A stretch of DNA of 64,000 bases, taken from the NCBI GenBank assembly GCA_017504995.1, contig JAFVQC010000028.1, forward strand, positions 707 through 64,706. The letters are read 5' to 3'. The translations under genes were made by a program, and so were the position numbers. Below the pieces are notes generated by a model. The model had not been told where the DNA came from and made no database searches. It saw only the letters and a program-made list of their open reading frames with translations. This document shows, in pieces, positions 1-8,519 of this stretch. Origin of the DNA: Clostridia bacterium (lineage in GTDB: Bacteria; Bacillota; Clostridia; Oscillospirales; CAG-272). The first letter of the stretch is position 1. Each line of letters starts with the position of its first letter.

Positions 1-23
1 TCCGAAGGTGAGCGCTTCGGAGA

Positions 24-121
24 CATAGGCTGCCACGTCAGCCTATGCCCTCGGCAGAGCGCAATGGACTTTTGATGCGAAGTGTCAAAAGTGCCTTTGC
101 GTTACTTTTGACAAAAGTAAC
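24..121. other. oriT/RSA-like region of a MobV (Pre/Mob) element
   Basis: Overlapping inverted repeats tgtcaaaagt(83-92)/acttttgaca(104-113) and gttacttttg-a-caaaagtaac (101-121), plus a cataggctg/cagcctatg hairpin, directly upstream of the relaxase. Confidence 0.6.
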
Positions 122-195
122 AAAACCGCAAGTATGCTCGTTTCACTCGCAATAAGAATTTGAGCCAAAAAGGCAAAACGCAGGAGGTGGATTTT

Positions 196-1482
196 ATAGT
201 AAGAAGTGTAAGCGCAACTTTAGGGGAAGGCTGTCTTACCCACAATGACCGCAGCTTTATCGCAGAAAACGTGGACGGAAACAGAACGCATCTGAATATC
301 GCCTACGTCAACGAGCCGATAAAGGAGGTCTATCACAAGATCTTTGACGAGGCGCTTGAAAAGTATAACGCGAAGCAAACCCGCAATGACCGCAAGATAA
401 CAGACTACTACGAAAAGATACGAACGGGAAAGCAAGAAAAGCTGTTCCACGAGATCATCATCCAAGTAGGAAACTGTGATGATATGAGTGCCACGGGTGA
501 TAACGCCGAGCTTGCTAAGAAGATCTTGGACGAATATTTTAGGGGCTTTCGGGAGCGCAACCATACCTTGCACGTGTTCTCCGCGCACTTGCATATGGAC
601 GAGGCAACGCCGCATCTGCACATTGACTTTATTCCCCTTGCCAAGAACAGTAAGCGAGGATTGGAAACGAGGGTATCACTCAAACAAGCGTTAGGTGCTC
701 TTGGATTCTTTGGCGAAGGTCGGGAAAATACCGAGGGCAATCAATGGGCAGAAGCAGAAAAGGATCGCCTTGCCGAAGTAATGGAGCGTTACGGAGTGCA
801 AAGAGGAACGGACAAGAACGAAAAGCGGGAGCATCTGTCCGTCCTCGATTACAAGAAACAAGAGCGAAGCCGCGAGGTCGAAGAACTTACCGAGAAGGCG
901 GAGGCATTGGAGCAATCCAACGCCGAGGCTCAACGGGAAACTGCGGAGATACGGGAGAGTCTTGAAAAGATGAAAGCTGAGCTTTCCGAACTCACCGAGG
1001 ACAAGAACGAGATCGACCTTGAGTATAGCAAATATTTCGGGGATGGATGGGAGTTGCCCGAGCCGAGCGCGTTAATGACCGCAAAGACCTTCCGCAACAA
1101 ACACGCCCTTCCGCTGATTGCAAAACTGAAAGAGGTCATCCGTAAGCTCATCGTCAACGTAGTGGAGATTACGAAGATGTGGAAACAAGCCATTACGGAA
1201 AAGGATGACTACAAGTATGAGTGTAGAAGTCTGAGACAAGAGAATGGTGAGCTTCGCCGTGATGCAGAAGCTTTCCACATTGTACGGAGTGCTATCGGAG
1301 AAAAGGAAACCGATAATATCCTACGCAGAGCCGAGGAAGAACGAAAACGCGCCGAGGCGGAACGGATTGCCAAGGAGCGTGCCGAGCAAGAGGCGCGGGA
1401 GCGTGAACGAGAGGAACGTCGCCTTGCTCGTCTGCAATCAAGAGGCAAAAAGAAAATCCGCGACGAGCGCGGAGATAGGTAA
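196..1482 (+). CDS. Plasmid recombination enzyme / MobV (Mob_Pre) relaxase
   Basis: HNDR motif, HLHMDEATPHLHIDFIP HUH motif, coiled-coil C-terminus; AGGAGG at 182-187 suggests a start near 196 (ORF track start 160). Confidence 0.88.
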   Translation: MVRSVSATLGEGCLTHNDRSFIAENVDGNRTHLNIAYVNEPIKEVYHKIFDEALEKYNAKQTRNDRKITDYYEKIRTGKQEKLFHEIIIQVGNCDDMSATGDNAELAKKILDEYFRGFRERNHTLHVFSAHLHMDEATPHLHIDFIPLAKNSKRGLETRVSLKQALGALGFFGEGRENTEGNQWAEAEKDRLAEVMERYGVQRGTDKNEKREHLSVLDYKKQERSREVEELTEKAEALEQSNAEAQRETAEIRESLEKMKAELSELTEDKNEIDLEYSKYFGDGWELPEPSALMTAKTFRNKHALPLIAKLKEVIRKLIVNVVEITKMWKQAITEKDDYKYECRSLRQENGELRRDAEAFHIVRSAIGEKETDNILRRAEEERKRAEAERIAKERAEQEAREREREERRLARLQSRGKKKIRDERGDR

Positions 1483-1666
1483 AAACGTGGATACGGTCTT
1501 GACCGAAGAAAAACGGCATTTTTCTATTTTTATCACCTCAAAACGTATCCCATACCACAAAGGCGTTTTCTATTGGAAAATCTGCAAATTCCCACGCTCT
1601 TGACCGAGCCTTTTTGATCAAAAAACGCCTTACTTCAAAAACTTTATGAAAATAGGAGAAAAACGA

Positions 1667-1936
1667 ATGATAACGAACAAAAAGAAAAGTGAAAAGACAA
1701 CTAAGGTGGATCTTCGTGTATTCCTTGAAACTATCCGAAAGTGCACCGATATTAAGGAGCTTACTCCCGAGATCGTCAACCGACTTATAAGGCGGATAGA
1801 GGTTCATAAGAGCGCAAAGGTGGACGGAAGAAAGCGCGTACAGCTTGACGTTTACTTTACCGCAGTTGGTTTGATTAACATTCCCGATGAGAAGCAGATA
1901 CTTGAAATGATAGAAGAAATCCGTAGAAGCGCATAA
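1667..1936 (+). CDS. Stand-alone DUF4368-like protein (resembles C-terminus of TnpX-type large serine recombinases)
   Basis: FLETIRKCTDIKELTPEIVNRLIRRIEVH...QLDVYFTAVG pattern; own AGGAG RBS. Confidence 0.7.
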   Translation: MITNKKKSEKTTKVDLRVFLETIRKCTDIKELTPEIVNRLIRRIEVHKSAKVDGRKRVQLDVYFTAVGLINIPDEKQILEMIEEIRRSA

Positions 1937-1947
1937 GGACTAAAAAA

Positions 1948-1991
1948 GCAAGAATACGGCATATCTCTTGCGAAATATATCGTATTCTTGC
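1948..1991. terminator. Hairpin between convergent DUF4368 ORF and degV
   Basis: gcaagaatacg...cgtattcttgc inverted repeat. Confidence 0.55.
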
Positions 1992-2035
1992 AAAACTGTC
2001 CTTCCGAACGACGAGCATCAACCTGTCGTTTTTTC

Positions 2036-2893
2036 TTATTCATTCGGCTTGCGAACAAACAGCACGCCGAGAGTATTTCTGCCGCAATGGGAAGAAATGG
2101 TGCAGCCCGCGCGGGTAATATGCACCTCTCTAAAGGGGGCGATCTCCTTGACCTGCTCCACACATTGCTGAATAATGGATTCCTCACAACCAGCGTGGGT
2201 CACGAAGATGCGATCCAACTCCACCCGAGAGCCGTCACCCAGCCGATCGGCAACGTATTTCTTCAAGGTAGAGGCAAAGCTGCCGCGATACTTCTTATTG
2301 ACGCCCATCTTGCCGTCCTGCACCGTAATGCACGGCTTTAGCTGAAGCAGGTTCGCGCCGAACGCCGCCACGGCGGAGCAACGTCCGCCCTTGTGCAAAA
2401 ATTCCAGATTATCAATAACGAAGGAAGCGTCCACCCGATCGGTCATCTCTCGACAAGCGTCTGCAATTTCCTTACCTCCCTTACCCTCGGCGATCATTTC
2501 TCCCGCCGCCACCACCAGCAATCCGCCGCCCGTGGAAAGGTTACGGGTATCCACCGCGAACACGTTGGGATAATCCTCTGCCGCGATGCGGGCATTGTTA
2601 TAGGTTGCGGACATCTCGGAACTGATGGTAAACAACACCACCTCGTTCCCCTGCGCCGTCTGCTCGGCGAAGAAGCTCTCAAACGCCGCAATGCTGGGCG
2701 CCGCCGTTTTGGGAAGCACACCCTTTTCCTCGTAGTAGCGATAGATCATATCGGGGTCGATATCCACTCCATCCGTATATTGATTGTCTCCCAGATTCAC
2801 GGTAAGGGGGATCAAATGGACACCGTATCGCGCGATCAACTCCTCATTCAAGTCACTGGTACTATCACTTGCAAGAATTACTTTTGCACTCAT
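2036..2893 (-). CDS. DegV family fatty-acid binding protein
   Basis: DSTSDL, PKTAAPS, ISSEMSATY, KGGRCS, ISSHCG motifs. Confidence 0.92.
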   Translation of the reverse strand: MSAKVILASDSTSDLNEELIARYGVHLIPLTVNLGDNQYTDGVDIDPDMIYRYYEEKGVLPKTAAPSIAAFESFFAEQTAQGNEVVLFTISSEMSATYNNARIAAEDYPNVFAVDTRNLSTGGGLLVVAAGEMIAEGKGGKEIADACREMTDRVDASFVIDNLEFLHKGGRCSAVAAFGANLLQLKPCITVQDGKMGVNKKYRGSFASTLKKYVADRLGDGSRVELDRIFVTHAGCEESIIQQCVEQVKEIAPFREVHITRAGCTISSHCGRNTLGVLFVRKPNE

Positions 2894-2999
2894 CGTTATT
2901 CCTTTCCGTTTTTTCAAACGCTCTCAAAAATATCCTCAAAGAGAGTTCCTTTGAGGATATTATATCACAACTCAAAAAATTTTTCAAGGGGATCGTTTC

Positions 3000-3254
3000 T
3001 TATTTCACTTTCCCGAACAAGCCTTTTTTCTCATACGGCTCTTGCGTTACGCCCTCCACGCGGTAGCCTGCCGTCTCCACCACGCGGCGCAAAAGCGCCT
3101 CGTCCAGAGGGTCATGGGATAGGATCACCGTTTCCCCTTTTTCGTGAGAGGAGGTCACCTTCTTTGGCGCAAAGGCGGCTCGAACGGCATCGTTTACGTG
3201 CGCCTCGCACATACCGCACCCCATTCCGTCGATTTTTAGCACGATTCTCGTCAT
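3000..3254 (-). CDS. Heavy-metal-associated (HMA) domain copper chaperone, CopZ-like
   Basis: IDGMGCGMCEAHV metal-binding motif. Confidence 0.85.
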   Translation of the reverse strand: MTRIVLKIDGMGCGMCEAHVNDAVRAAFAPKKVTSSHEKGETVILSHDPLDEALLRRVVETAGYRVEGVTQEPYEKKGLFGKVK

Positions 3255-3366
3255 ATCCGTCCCTCTTTTCCCAAAAAGTTGGCGTTTGCTCGTAATCAGT
3301 ATAGCATATCCCCGCCTTTTTGTCAATCGCTTGCGCAAACTTTCGCCAAAAAATCCCCCCGAACGG

Positions 3367-3395
3367 TTGACAAAAGAAACGGAATAAGGTATAAT
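3367..3395 (+). promoter_or_regulatory. Consensus sigma-A promoter of tyrS
   Basis: TTGACA-17 nt-TATAAT. Confidence 0.8.
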
Positions 3396-3445
3396 AAGGA
3401 ATGTTAGTATTTTATAAATTCGCGCTTGCGCGAGGAGGACAGAAA

Positions 3446-4666
3446 ATGACGATTTATGACGAGCTGGTTGCCAGAGGACTGATCGCTCAGGTAACCGACG
3501 AAAATGAGATCAAGGAACTGATCAACAACGGAAAAGCCGTATTTTACATTGGCTTTGACCCCACCGCGGACAGTCTGCACGTGGGACATTTCATGGCGCT
3601 TTGTTTGATGAAGCGTCTGCAAATGGCAGGCAACAAGCCCATCGCCCTCATCGGCGGCGGCACGGCAATGATCGGCGACCCCTCGGGCAGAACCGATATG
3701 CGCCAGATGATGACCACCGAGACCATTGCTCATAACTGCGATTGCTTCAAAAAGCAGATGAGCCGCTTCATCGACTTTTCCGAGGGAAAGGCGATCATGA
3801 TCAACAACGCCGACTGGCTGCTTGATCTGAACTACGTAGAGGTATTGCGCGAGGTCGGCTCTTGCTTCTCGGTCAACAATATGTTGCGCGCCGAGTGCTA
3901 CAAGCAAAGAATGGAAAAGGGACTGTCCTTCCTTGAGTTCAACTATATGATCATGCAGTCCTACGACTTTTATCATCTGTACAAGACCATGGGCTGTAAT
4001 ATGCAGTTCGGCGGTGATGACCAATGGTCCAATATGCTGGGCGGAACCGAGCTGATCCGCCGCAAGCTTGGCAAGGACGCCTATGCCATGACCATCAATC
4101 TGCTCCTCAACTCCGAGGGCAAGAAGATGGGCAAGACCCAGTCGGGCGCGGTATGGCTGGATCCCGATAAAACCTCGCCTTACGATTTCTATCAGTACTG
4201 GAGAAACGTTGCCGACTCCGACGTGCTCAAGTGTATCCGCATGCTGACCTTCCTTCCCTTGGAGGAGATCGATGCCATGGATAAGTGGGAGGGCGCGCAG
4301 CTCAACCGTGCCAAGGAGATTCTTGCCTTTGAGCTGACCAAGCTGGTTCACGGCGAGGAGGAAGCGAAGAAAGCGGAAGCAAGCGCCAAAGCGCTGTTCG
4401 GTGCGGGCGCGGAAGCGGAGATCCCCATGACCGAGCTTTGCGCCGCAGACTTCACGGACGGCGTGATCGATATCGGAACGATCCTCGTCAAGGCGGGTCT
4501 CGTTCCTTCCAAGTCCGAGGCAAGGCGCGCCATCGAGCAGGGCGGCGTTTCGGTAGACAACGAAAAAGTCAAAGACGTGCGCGCCACCTTCACGATGGAC
4601 GACCTGAAGGACGGCAAGGTATTCCGCAGAGGAAAGAAAAATTTCCGTAAGGTAACCGTAAAATAA
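3446..4666 (+). CDS. tyrS: Tyrosine--tRNA ligase
   Basis: [30 protein letters not shown] motifs, C-terminal S4 domain. Confidence 0.97.
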   Translation: MTIYDELVARGLIAQVTDENEIKELINNGKAVFYIGFDPTADSLHVGHFMALCLMKRLQMAGNKPIALIGGGTAMIGDPSGRTDMRQMMTTETIAHNCDCFKKQMSRFIDFSEGKAIMINNADWLLDLNYVEVLREVGSCFSVNNMLRAECYKQRMEKGLSFLEFNYMIMQSYDFYHLYKTMGCNMQFGGDDQWSNMLGGTELIRRKLGKDAYAMTINLLLNSEGKKMGKTQSGAVWLDPDKTSPYDFYQYWRNVADSDVLKCIRMLTFLPLEEIDAMDKWEGAQLNRAKEILAFELTKLVHGEEEAKKAEASAKALFGAGAEAEIPMTELCAADFTDGVIDIGTILVKAGLVPSKSEARRAIEQGGVSVDNEKVKDVRATFTMDDLKDGKVFRRGKKNFRKVTVK

Positions 4667-4679
4667 AGACACGCTTGCG
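4644..4679 (+). repeat. 36-bp direct repeat, copy 1 (tyrS 3' end + left terminator arm)
   Basis: tccgtaaggtaaccgtaaaataaagacacgcttgcg identical to 5302-5337. Confidence 0.95.
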
Positions 4680-4764
4680 GTCCTTCTCATAAGAATATAA
4701 GCAAAAATCGGCGGAGATATTGTTTCTCCGCCGATTTTGTGGTATAATGAGATGGGTGATGGAA

Positions 4765-5274
4765 ATGGACGAACGAAAATACAGAAAAACAACCAGATTA
4801 AAAAGTGCGGATTACGACAGCAACCAAGTCGTGTTCTTAACGATATGCACCAAGGAAAGACGCTGTATTCTTTCCCGCATTGTAGGGACCGGCGTCCTCG
4901 ACGGTCCAAAAATCGAATTAACCGAATATGGAAAAATTGCAGAGAAATACATCAATCAATTAAATAATTTTTATAATGATCTTTCGGTGGAGAGTTACGT
5001 GATTATGCCCAATCACATTCATATTTTGTTATGGGTAAAGGGCAATGAAAATGGACCGTCGAGGACGCCGGTCCCTACAGTTCAGAATACAATTCCCGCG
5101 AAGTTTTTATCAACTTTTAAAAGATTTTGCAATAAAGAATGTGGAAAGAATATTTGGCAATATCGCTCCAACGATCATATTATCCGCAATCGCGAGGATT
5201 ACGAAGAACATTTGCGATATATCTACGAAAATCCTACTCGTTGGTGCTATGATGAATTGTATATCGAAGAATAG
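4765..5274 (+). CDS. REP-associated tyrosine transposase (RAYT, Y1/HUH, IS200-TnpA superfamily) 1
   Basis: RKxxRL..DY, FLTICT, MPNHIH (HUH), WQ..NDHIIR, YIYENP catalytic Tyr motif. Confidence 0.88.
   Translation: MDERKYRKTTRLKSADYDSNQVVFLTICTKERRCILSRIVGTGVLDGPKIELTEYGKIAEKYINQLNNFYNDLSVESYVIMPNHIHILLWVKGNENGPSRTPVPTVQNTIPAKFLSTFKRFCNKECGKNIWQYRSNDHIIRNREDYEEHLRYIYENPTRWCYDELYIEE
4881..5079. repeat. Inverted pair of GTAG-type REPs inside RAYT 1
   Basis: tgtagggaccggcgtcctcgacggtcca (4881-4908) is the exact reverse complement of 5052-5079. Confidence 0.9.
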
Positions 5275-5301
5275 AGATTAAAATTGAAAAATGCCAAAAT
5301 A

Positions 5302-5337
5302 TCCGTAAGGTAACCGTAAAATAAAGACACGCTTGCG
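5302..5337 (+). repeat. 36-bp direct repeat, copy 2
   Basis: Identical to 4644-4679; continues into the complete terminator. Confidence 0.95.
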
Positions 5338-5363
5338 ATGGTTTTCCGTCGCAAGCGTTTTTT
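5329..5363 (+). terminator. Intrinsic terminator (probably the original tyrS terminator)
   Basis: acgcttgcga/tcgcaagcgt stem followed by a T run. Confidence 0.8.
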
Positions 5364-5365
5364 GA

Positions 5366-6082
5366 TTAAAAATGATATAAATTTTGATATCCCGCCATCA
5401 AGCCGTCGCGGTACAGGTGGGCGTCATTTGAGACTTGAAGCGCTCTCGGATAAATGCGCTCCTGCGTCTCGTCAAAATGAATCACGTTCATGCAGGAATG
5501 GCTGATGTCAAAGCGGGTGCTGTATAACGGATACGGAATATCCAACACACTGCTCATAAACAGCATACCGAAGCCTTGATGGGCAAACAGAGCCACCCGT
5601 TGAGGTGCGTCTTTGACCTTGACAAAGCAATTGTTTTCCCTGTCATGGACAAAGCCCAACTCCAAGAATAACTCGTCCACCGCTTCGTTGATCCGTTTCA
5701 ATCCACGCTCAAAGGTATATTCCGAGAAATCGGGGTGTCGATACCATTCCTTCCCCATGGCAATTACCTCGGCAGAATTGAATTTTTCAATAAAGCTCTG
5801 CTTTTGAAACGCCCAACGCCCCTGTGGTGTTCCGCGATCAAAAAAGAAGTCCTTACCCGCAAGATGCTCGTTTGCCCAAGGGCAAGAAATGATCTCCTTT
5901 TTCAACAGCTCCGCCGTAGGCTGCGCCGTCATCATGGCGCGAACCGAATCGGATGCGTAAATCCGATCCAAGCCGTAGGAAACGAAGCGCTTGGCAAGCA
6001 ACCGCGCCTGCTCCTGACCCAAAGGCGTCAAGCTATCGGGATGATAAATAGGGTCTCCGTGACGAACGTAAAAAAACAACAT
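5366..6082 (-). CDS. Histidine phosphatase (phosphoglycerate mutase-like) family protein
   Basis: YVRHGDP, LTPLGQEQA, RAMMTA, FAHQG, NDAHL motifs. Confidence 0.88.
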   Translation of the reverse strand: MLFFYVRHGDPIYHPDSLTPLGQEQARLLAKRFVSYGLDRIYASDSVRAMMTAQPTAELLKKEIISCPWANEHLAGKDFFFDRGTPQGRWAFQKQSFIEKFNSAEVIAMGKEWYRHPDFSEYTFERGLKRINEAVDELFLELGFVHDRENNCFVKVKDAPQRVALFAHQGFGMLFMSSVLDIPYPLYSTRFDISHSCMNVIHFDETQERIYPRALQVSNDAHLYRDGLMAGYQNLYHF

Positions 6083-6097
6083 GATCTTTTCTTCCTT

Positions 6098-7024
6098 TTA
6101 CTCAAACAAGGGCGTGGAGAAATACCGTTCCGCCGTGTCGGGCAGAACCGTCACCACCGTTTTTCCCTTCCCTAACTTCTTCGCCAAACGCATTGCTGCG
6201 GCGACGTTGGTGCCGCTGCTAATGCCGCACATGATCCCTTCCTTCGAGGCAAGATCCTTCGATGCCTGCAGAGCTTCCTCGTCCTTGATGATACAAACGT
6301 CATCGTAAATATTTTGATTCAGAATCACGGGGATCACGCCGTCTCCAATGCCCATCTGCACATGCGTACCGATCGAGCCGCCCGACAGGATCGCCGCGTT
6401 TTCCGGCTCTACCGCCCAGATGGTCATGTCTGGATTCTTTTCCTTCAGCGTCTCTCCGATACCCGTGATCGTACCGCCCGTGCCGATGCCCGAGCAGAAA
6501 CCGTGGATCGGTCCGTCCACCTGAGAGAGGATCTCCATGCCCGTTGCCGACCGTTGAATGGCGGGATTGGCGGGGTTTTCAAACTGCTGAGGCACGAACA
6601 CCTTGGGATCTTCCGCCTTGAATTTCAGGGCGAGGTTCAGACACTCCTCGATACAAAGTCCGATATTGCCGTTATCGTGAACCAAAATCACCTCCGCACC
6701 GTAATGCTCTACCAGCTTTCTGCGCTCCTCGCTGACCGAATCGGGCATAATGATCTTCACCTTATAACCCCGAACCGCGCCTACCAACGCAAGACCGATG
6801 CCCTGATTGCCGCTGGTCGGCTCAACGATCACCGTATCCGAATGAATGAGTCCCTTTTCCTCGGCGTCTCGGATCATATTGTAGGCAGTCCTCGTCTTGA
6901 TCGAGCCCCCTACGTTCAGTCCTTCAAATTTCACAAGGATCTGCGCGTCCTCGGGACTCGTCATATGCTGCAAACGGATCATGGGCGTATTCCCGATCGC
7001 GTCTAAAATCGTATTACAAATCAT
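6098..7024 (-). CDS. cysK: Cysteine synthase (O-acetylserine thiol-lyase)
   Basis: IGNTPM, GGSIKTR PLP lysine, EPTSGNQG, GIGTGGT, PDTAERY. Confidence 0.9.
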   Translation of the reverse strand: MICNTILDAIGNTPMIRLQHMTSPEDAQILVKFEGLNVGGSIKTRTAYNMIRDAEEKGLIHSDTVIVEPTSGNQGIGLALVGAVRGYKVKIIMPDSVSEERRKLVEHYGAEVILVHDNGNIGLCIEECLNLALKFKAEDPKVFVPQQFENPANPAIQRSATGMEILSQVDGPIHGFCSGIGTGGTITGIGETLKEKNPDMTIWAVEPENAAILSGGSIGTHVQMGIGDGVIPVILNQNIYDDVCIIKDEEALQASKDLASKEGIMCGISSGTNVAAAMRLAKKLGKGKTVVTVLPDTAERYFSTPLFE

Positions 7025-7163
7025 TTTGCCGTACCTTTCTTCTTTGAGGTCATTTTATCCTATGCGACGGCGTCACACAAGGTTCATTATACCATAGAAA
7101 TCTCCCTTTGTCAATCATTCTAAAAAAATAGGAAGGATATCAGGCTCTGCGATGTAAATATAC

Positions 7164-7195
7164 AAAAGGAACGGGCAAACTCGTCCGTTCCTTTT
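7164..7195 (-). terminator. Intrinsic terminator downstream of the CNNM pair
   Basis: aaaaggaacgg...ccgttcctttt. Confidence 0.7.
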
Positions 7196-7202
7196 CTATC
7201 GT

Positions 7203-8519
7203 TTATACCAATTCTTCTTCGCTATCGGGCTTTGGCTCAATGAGCACGGTGAGCTTAGTCACGCGCTCCTCCTCCATTTGCGCCACGATCACGAAAATAT
7301 TTTCATAGCGGAAGCTATCTCCCACGTGGGGGTCGGCTTCCAACTGCTGAATTGCCCAACCGCCAACGGTGGAATATTCACAGTCGAAGGGCTCGGTGGA
7401 AACGAACTCGATTTCCTCAAAGAAATCTTCGATATTCATTTCACCCAACACCTCGTAGGTGTTCTCGCCCGTGGATCGGCACTCGGTCACGATCACGTCG
7501 GTGTCGTCCCAGATATCACCAACCAGCTCCTCCAGAATATCCTCCATCGTCACCACGCCAAGCGTTCCGCCGAACTCGTCGATAACGATAGCAAGGTGCA
7601 TCTTCGCATCTCTGAGCTTCGCCAGCGCCGCGGGAAGCTTCATGGTCTTATGTAGCTTACAGGGCTTGAGCATCAGCGCGCGGATATCGGGCTTTTCGGT
7701 CTCAAAGGTTGCCTTATAGTACTTGGTCAAGGAAAGAACACCGATGATTCTATCGATGCTTCCCTCGTATACGGGCAAACGGGAGAACTGTGAGGAATCT
7801 GCCAGCATAGCGGCGATATGCTCCTCGTCGTCGTCAATATCGATTGCCGTCATATCGATACGGGGGGTCATGATCTTCTCAATGGTAGTATCACTGAACT
7901 CCAGCGTCGATTGCAACAGCTCGCCCTGCTCCTCGTTGATGACGCCCTCCTCCTCTACCGTGTCAATGATGGAAACCAGCTCTTCCTCGGTTACCGTCGG
8001 TTCGTCACACTTTCTGTCGCTACCCCACAGCTTCCGCAGGACGAACAACAGTGCCATAACGATAAACACAATGGGACTCAAAACAATCGTCAGAACACGG
8101 ATTGGGATCGCGATGACACGAACCACCACGTCGGCGTTCTGCTTGGAAAGGATCTTAGGAAGGATCTCTCCGAAGATCAGGATCACCACCGTCACGAGGA
8201 TCGTCGCAACCGTAGAGGCAACGCCTACCATGCTTTCGCTGAAAAGGTTCATAACGATCAGCGTGGTACAGGTGGAAACGGCAATATTGGCAAGGTTGTT
8301 GCCGATGAGAATTGCCGAAAGCGCCACGGTAAACTTTTCCGTGATGCTGTACGCGGTCTTTGCCGTCAGCGACTTACATTCGGCGGCGCGGCGCAACCGC
8401 ATTTTATTACAGGTATTAAAGGCGATCTCCGACGCGGAAAAGAACGCCGAGAAGCAGATCATGATGAAAATGACCAGATATGCCCACCACATATTCGAAA
8501 AATGCTCTGCAAAGCTCAT
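7203..8519 (-). CDS. HlyC/CorC (CNNM: DUF21-CBS-CorC) family transporter
   Basis: SAFFSASEIAF, LIGNNLAN, FGEILPK, MTPR, IDEFGGTLGVVTMEDILEELVGDIWDD. Confidence 0.92.
   Translation of the reverse strand: MSFAEHFSNMWWAYLVIFIMICFSAFFSASEIAFNTCNKMRLRRAAECKSLTAKTAYSITEKFTVALSAILIGNNLANIAVSTCTTLIVMNLFSESMVGVASTVATILVTVVILIFGEILPKILSKQNADVVVRVIAIPIRVLTIVLSPIVFIVMALLFVLRKLWGSDRKCDEPTVTEEELVSIIDTVEEEGVINEEQGELLQSTLEFSDTTIEKIMTPRIDMTAIDIDDDEEHIAAMLADSSQFSRLPVYEGSIDRIIGVLSLTKYYKATFETEKPDIRALMLKPCKLHKTMKLPAALAKLRDAKMHLAIVIDEFGGTLGVVTMEDILEELVGDIWDDTDVIVTECRSTGENTYEVLGEMNIEDFFEEIEFVSTEPFDCEYSTVGGWAIQQLEADPHVGDSFRYENIFVIVAQMEEERVTKLTVLIEPKPDSEEELV

Larger units (their letters stand above)
1..1995. mobile_element. 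Right-hand part of an integrative mobilisable element (Tn4451-like module), truncated by the window start
   Basis: oriT-like IRs + MobV + DUF4368, ending at hairpin 1948-1991 before core gene degV; right boundary approximate. Confidence 0.6.

Noticed and set aside
3340-3445. Expected Tyr T-box upstream of tyrS
   Set aside because: The leader is only ~45 nt after a consensus promoter and has no T-box motif.
3404-4909. 501-aa antisense ORF over tyrS (likewise 27930-29615, 32420-33946, 34144-35544, 38902-40761 and similar)
   Set aside because: Shadow frames of well-conserved genes with biased codon usage; no recognisable motifs.
4765-5274. Calling the two transposases IS200/IS605 elements with TnpB/omegaRNA
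   Set aside because: No tnpB or iscB is adjacent, and the motifs fit RAYT-like Y1 proteins better.
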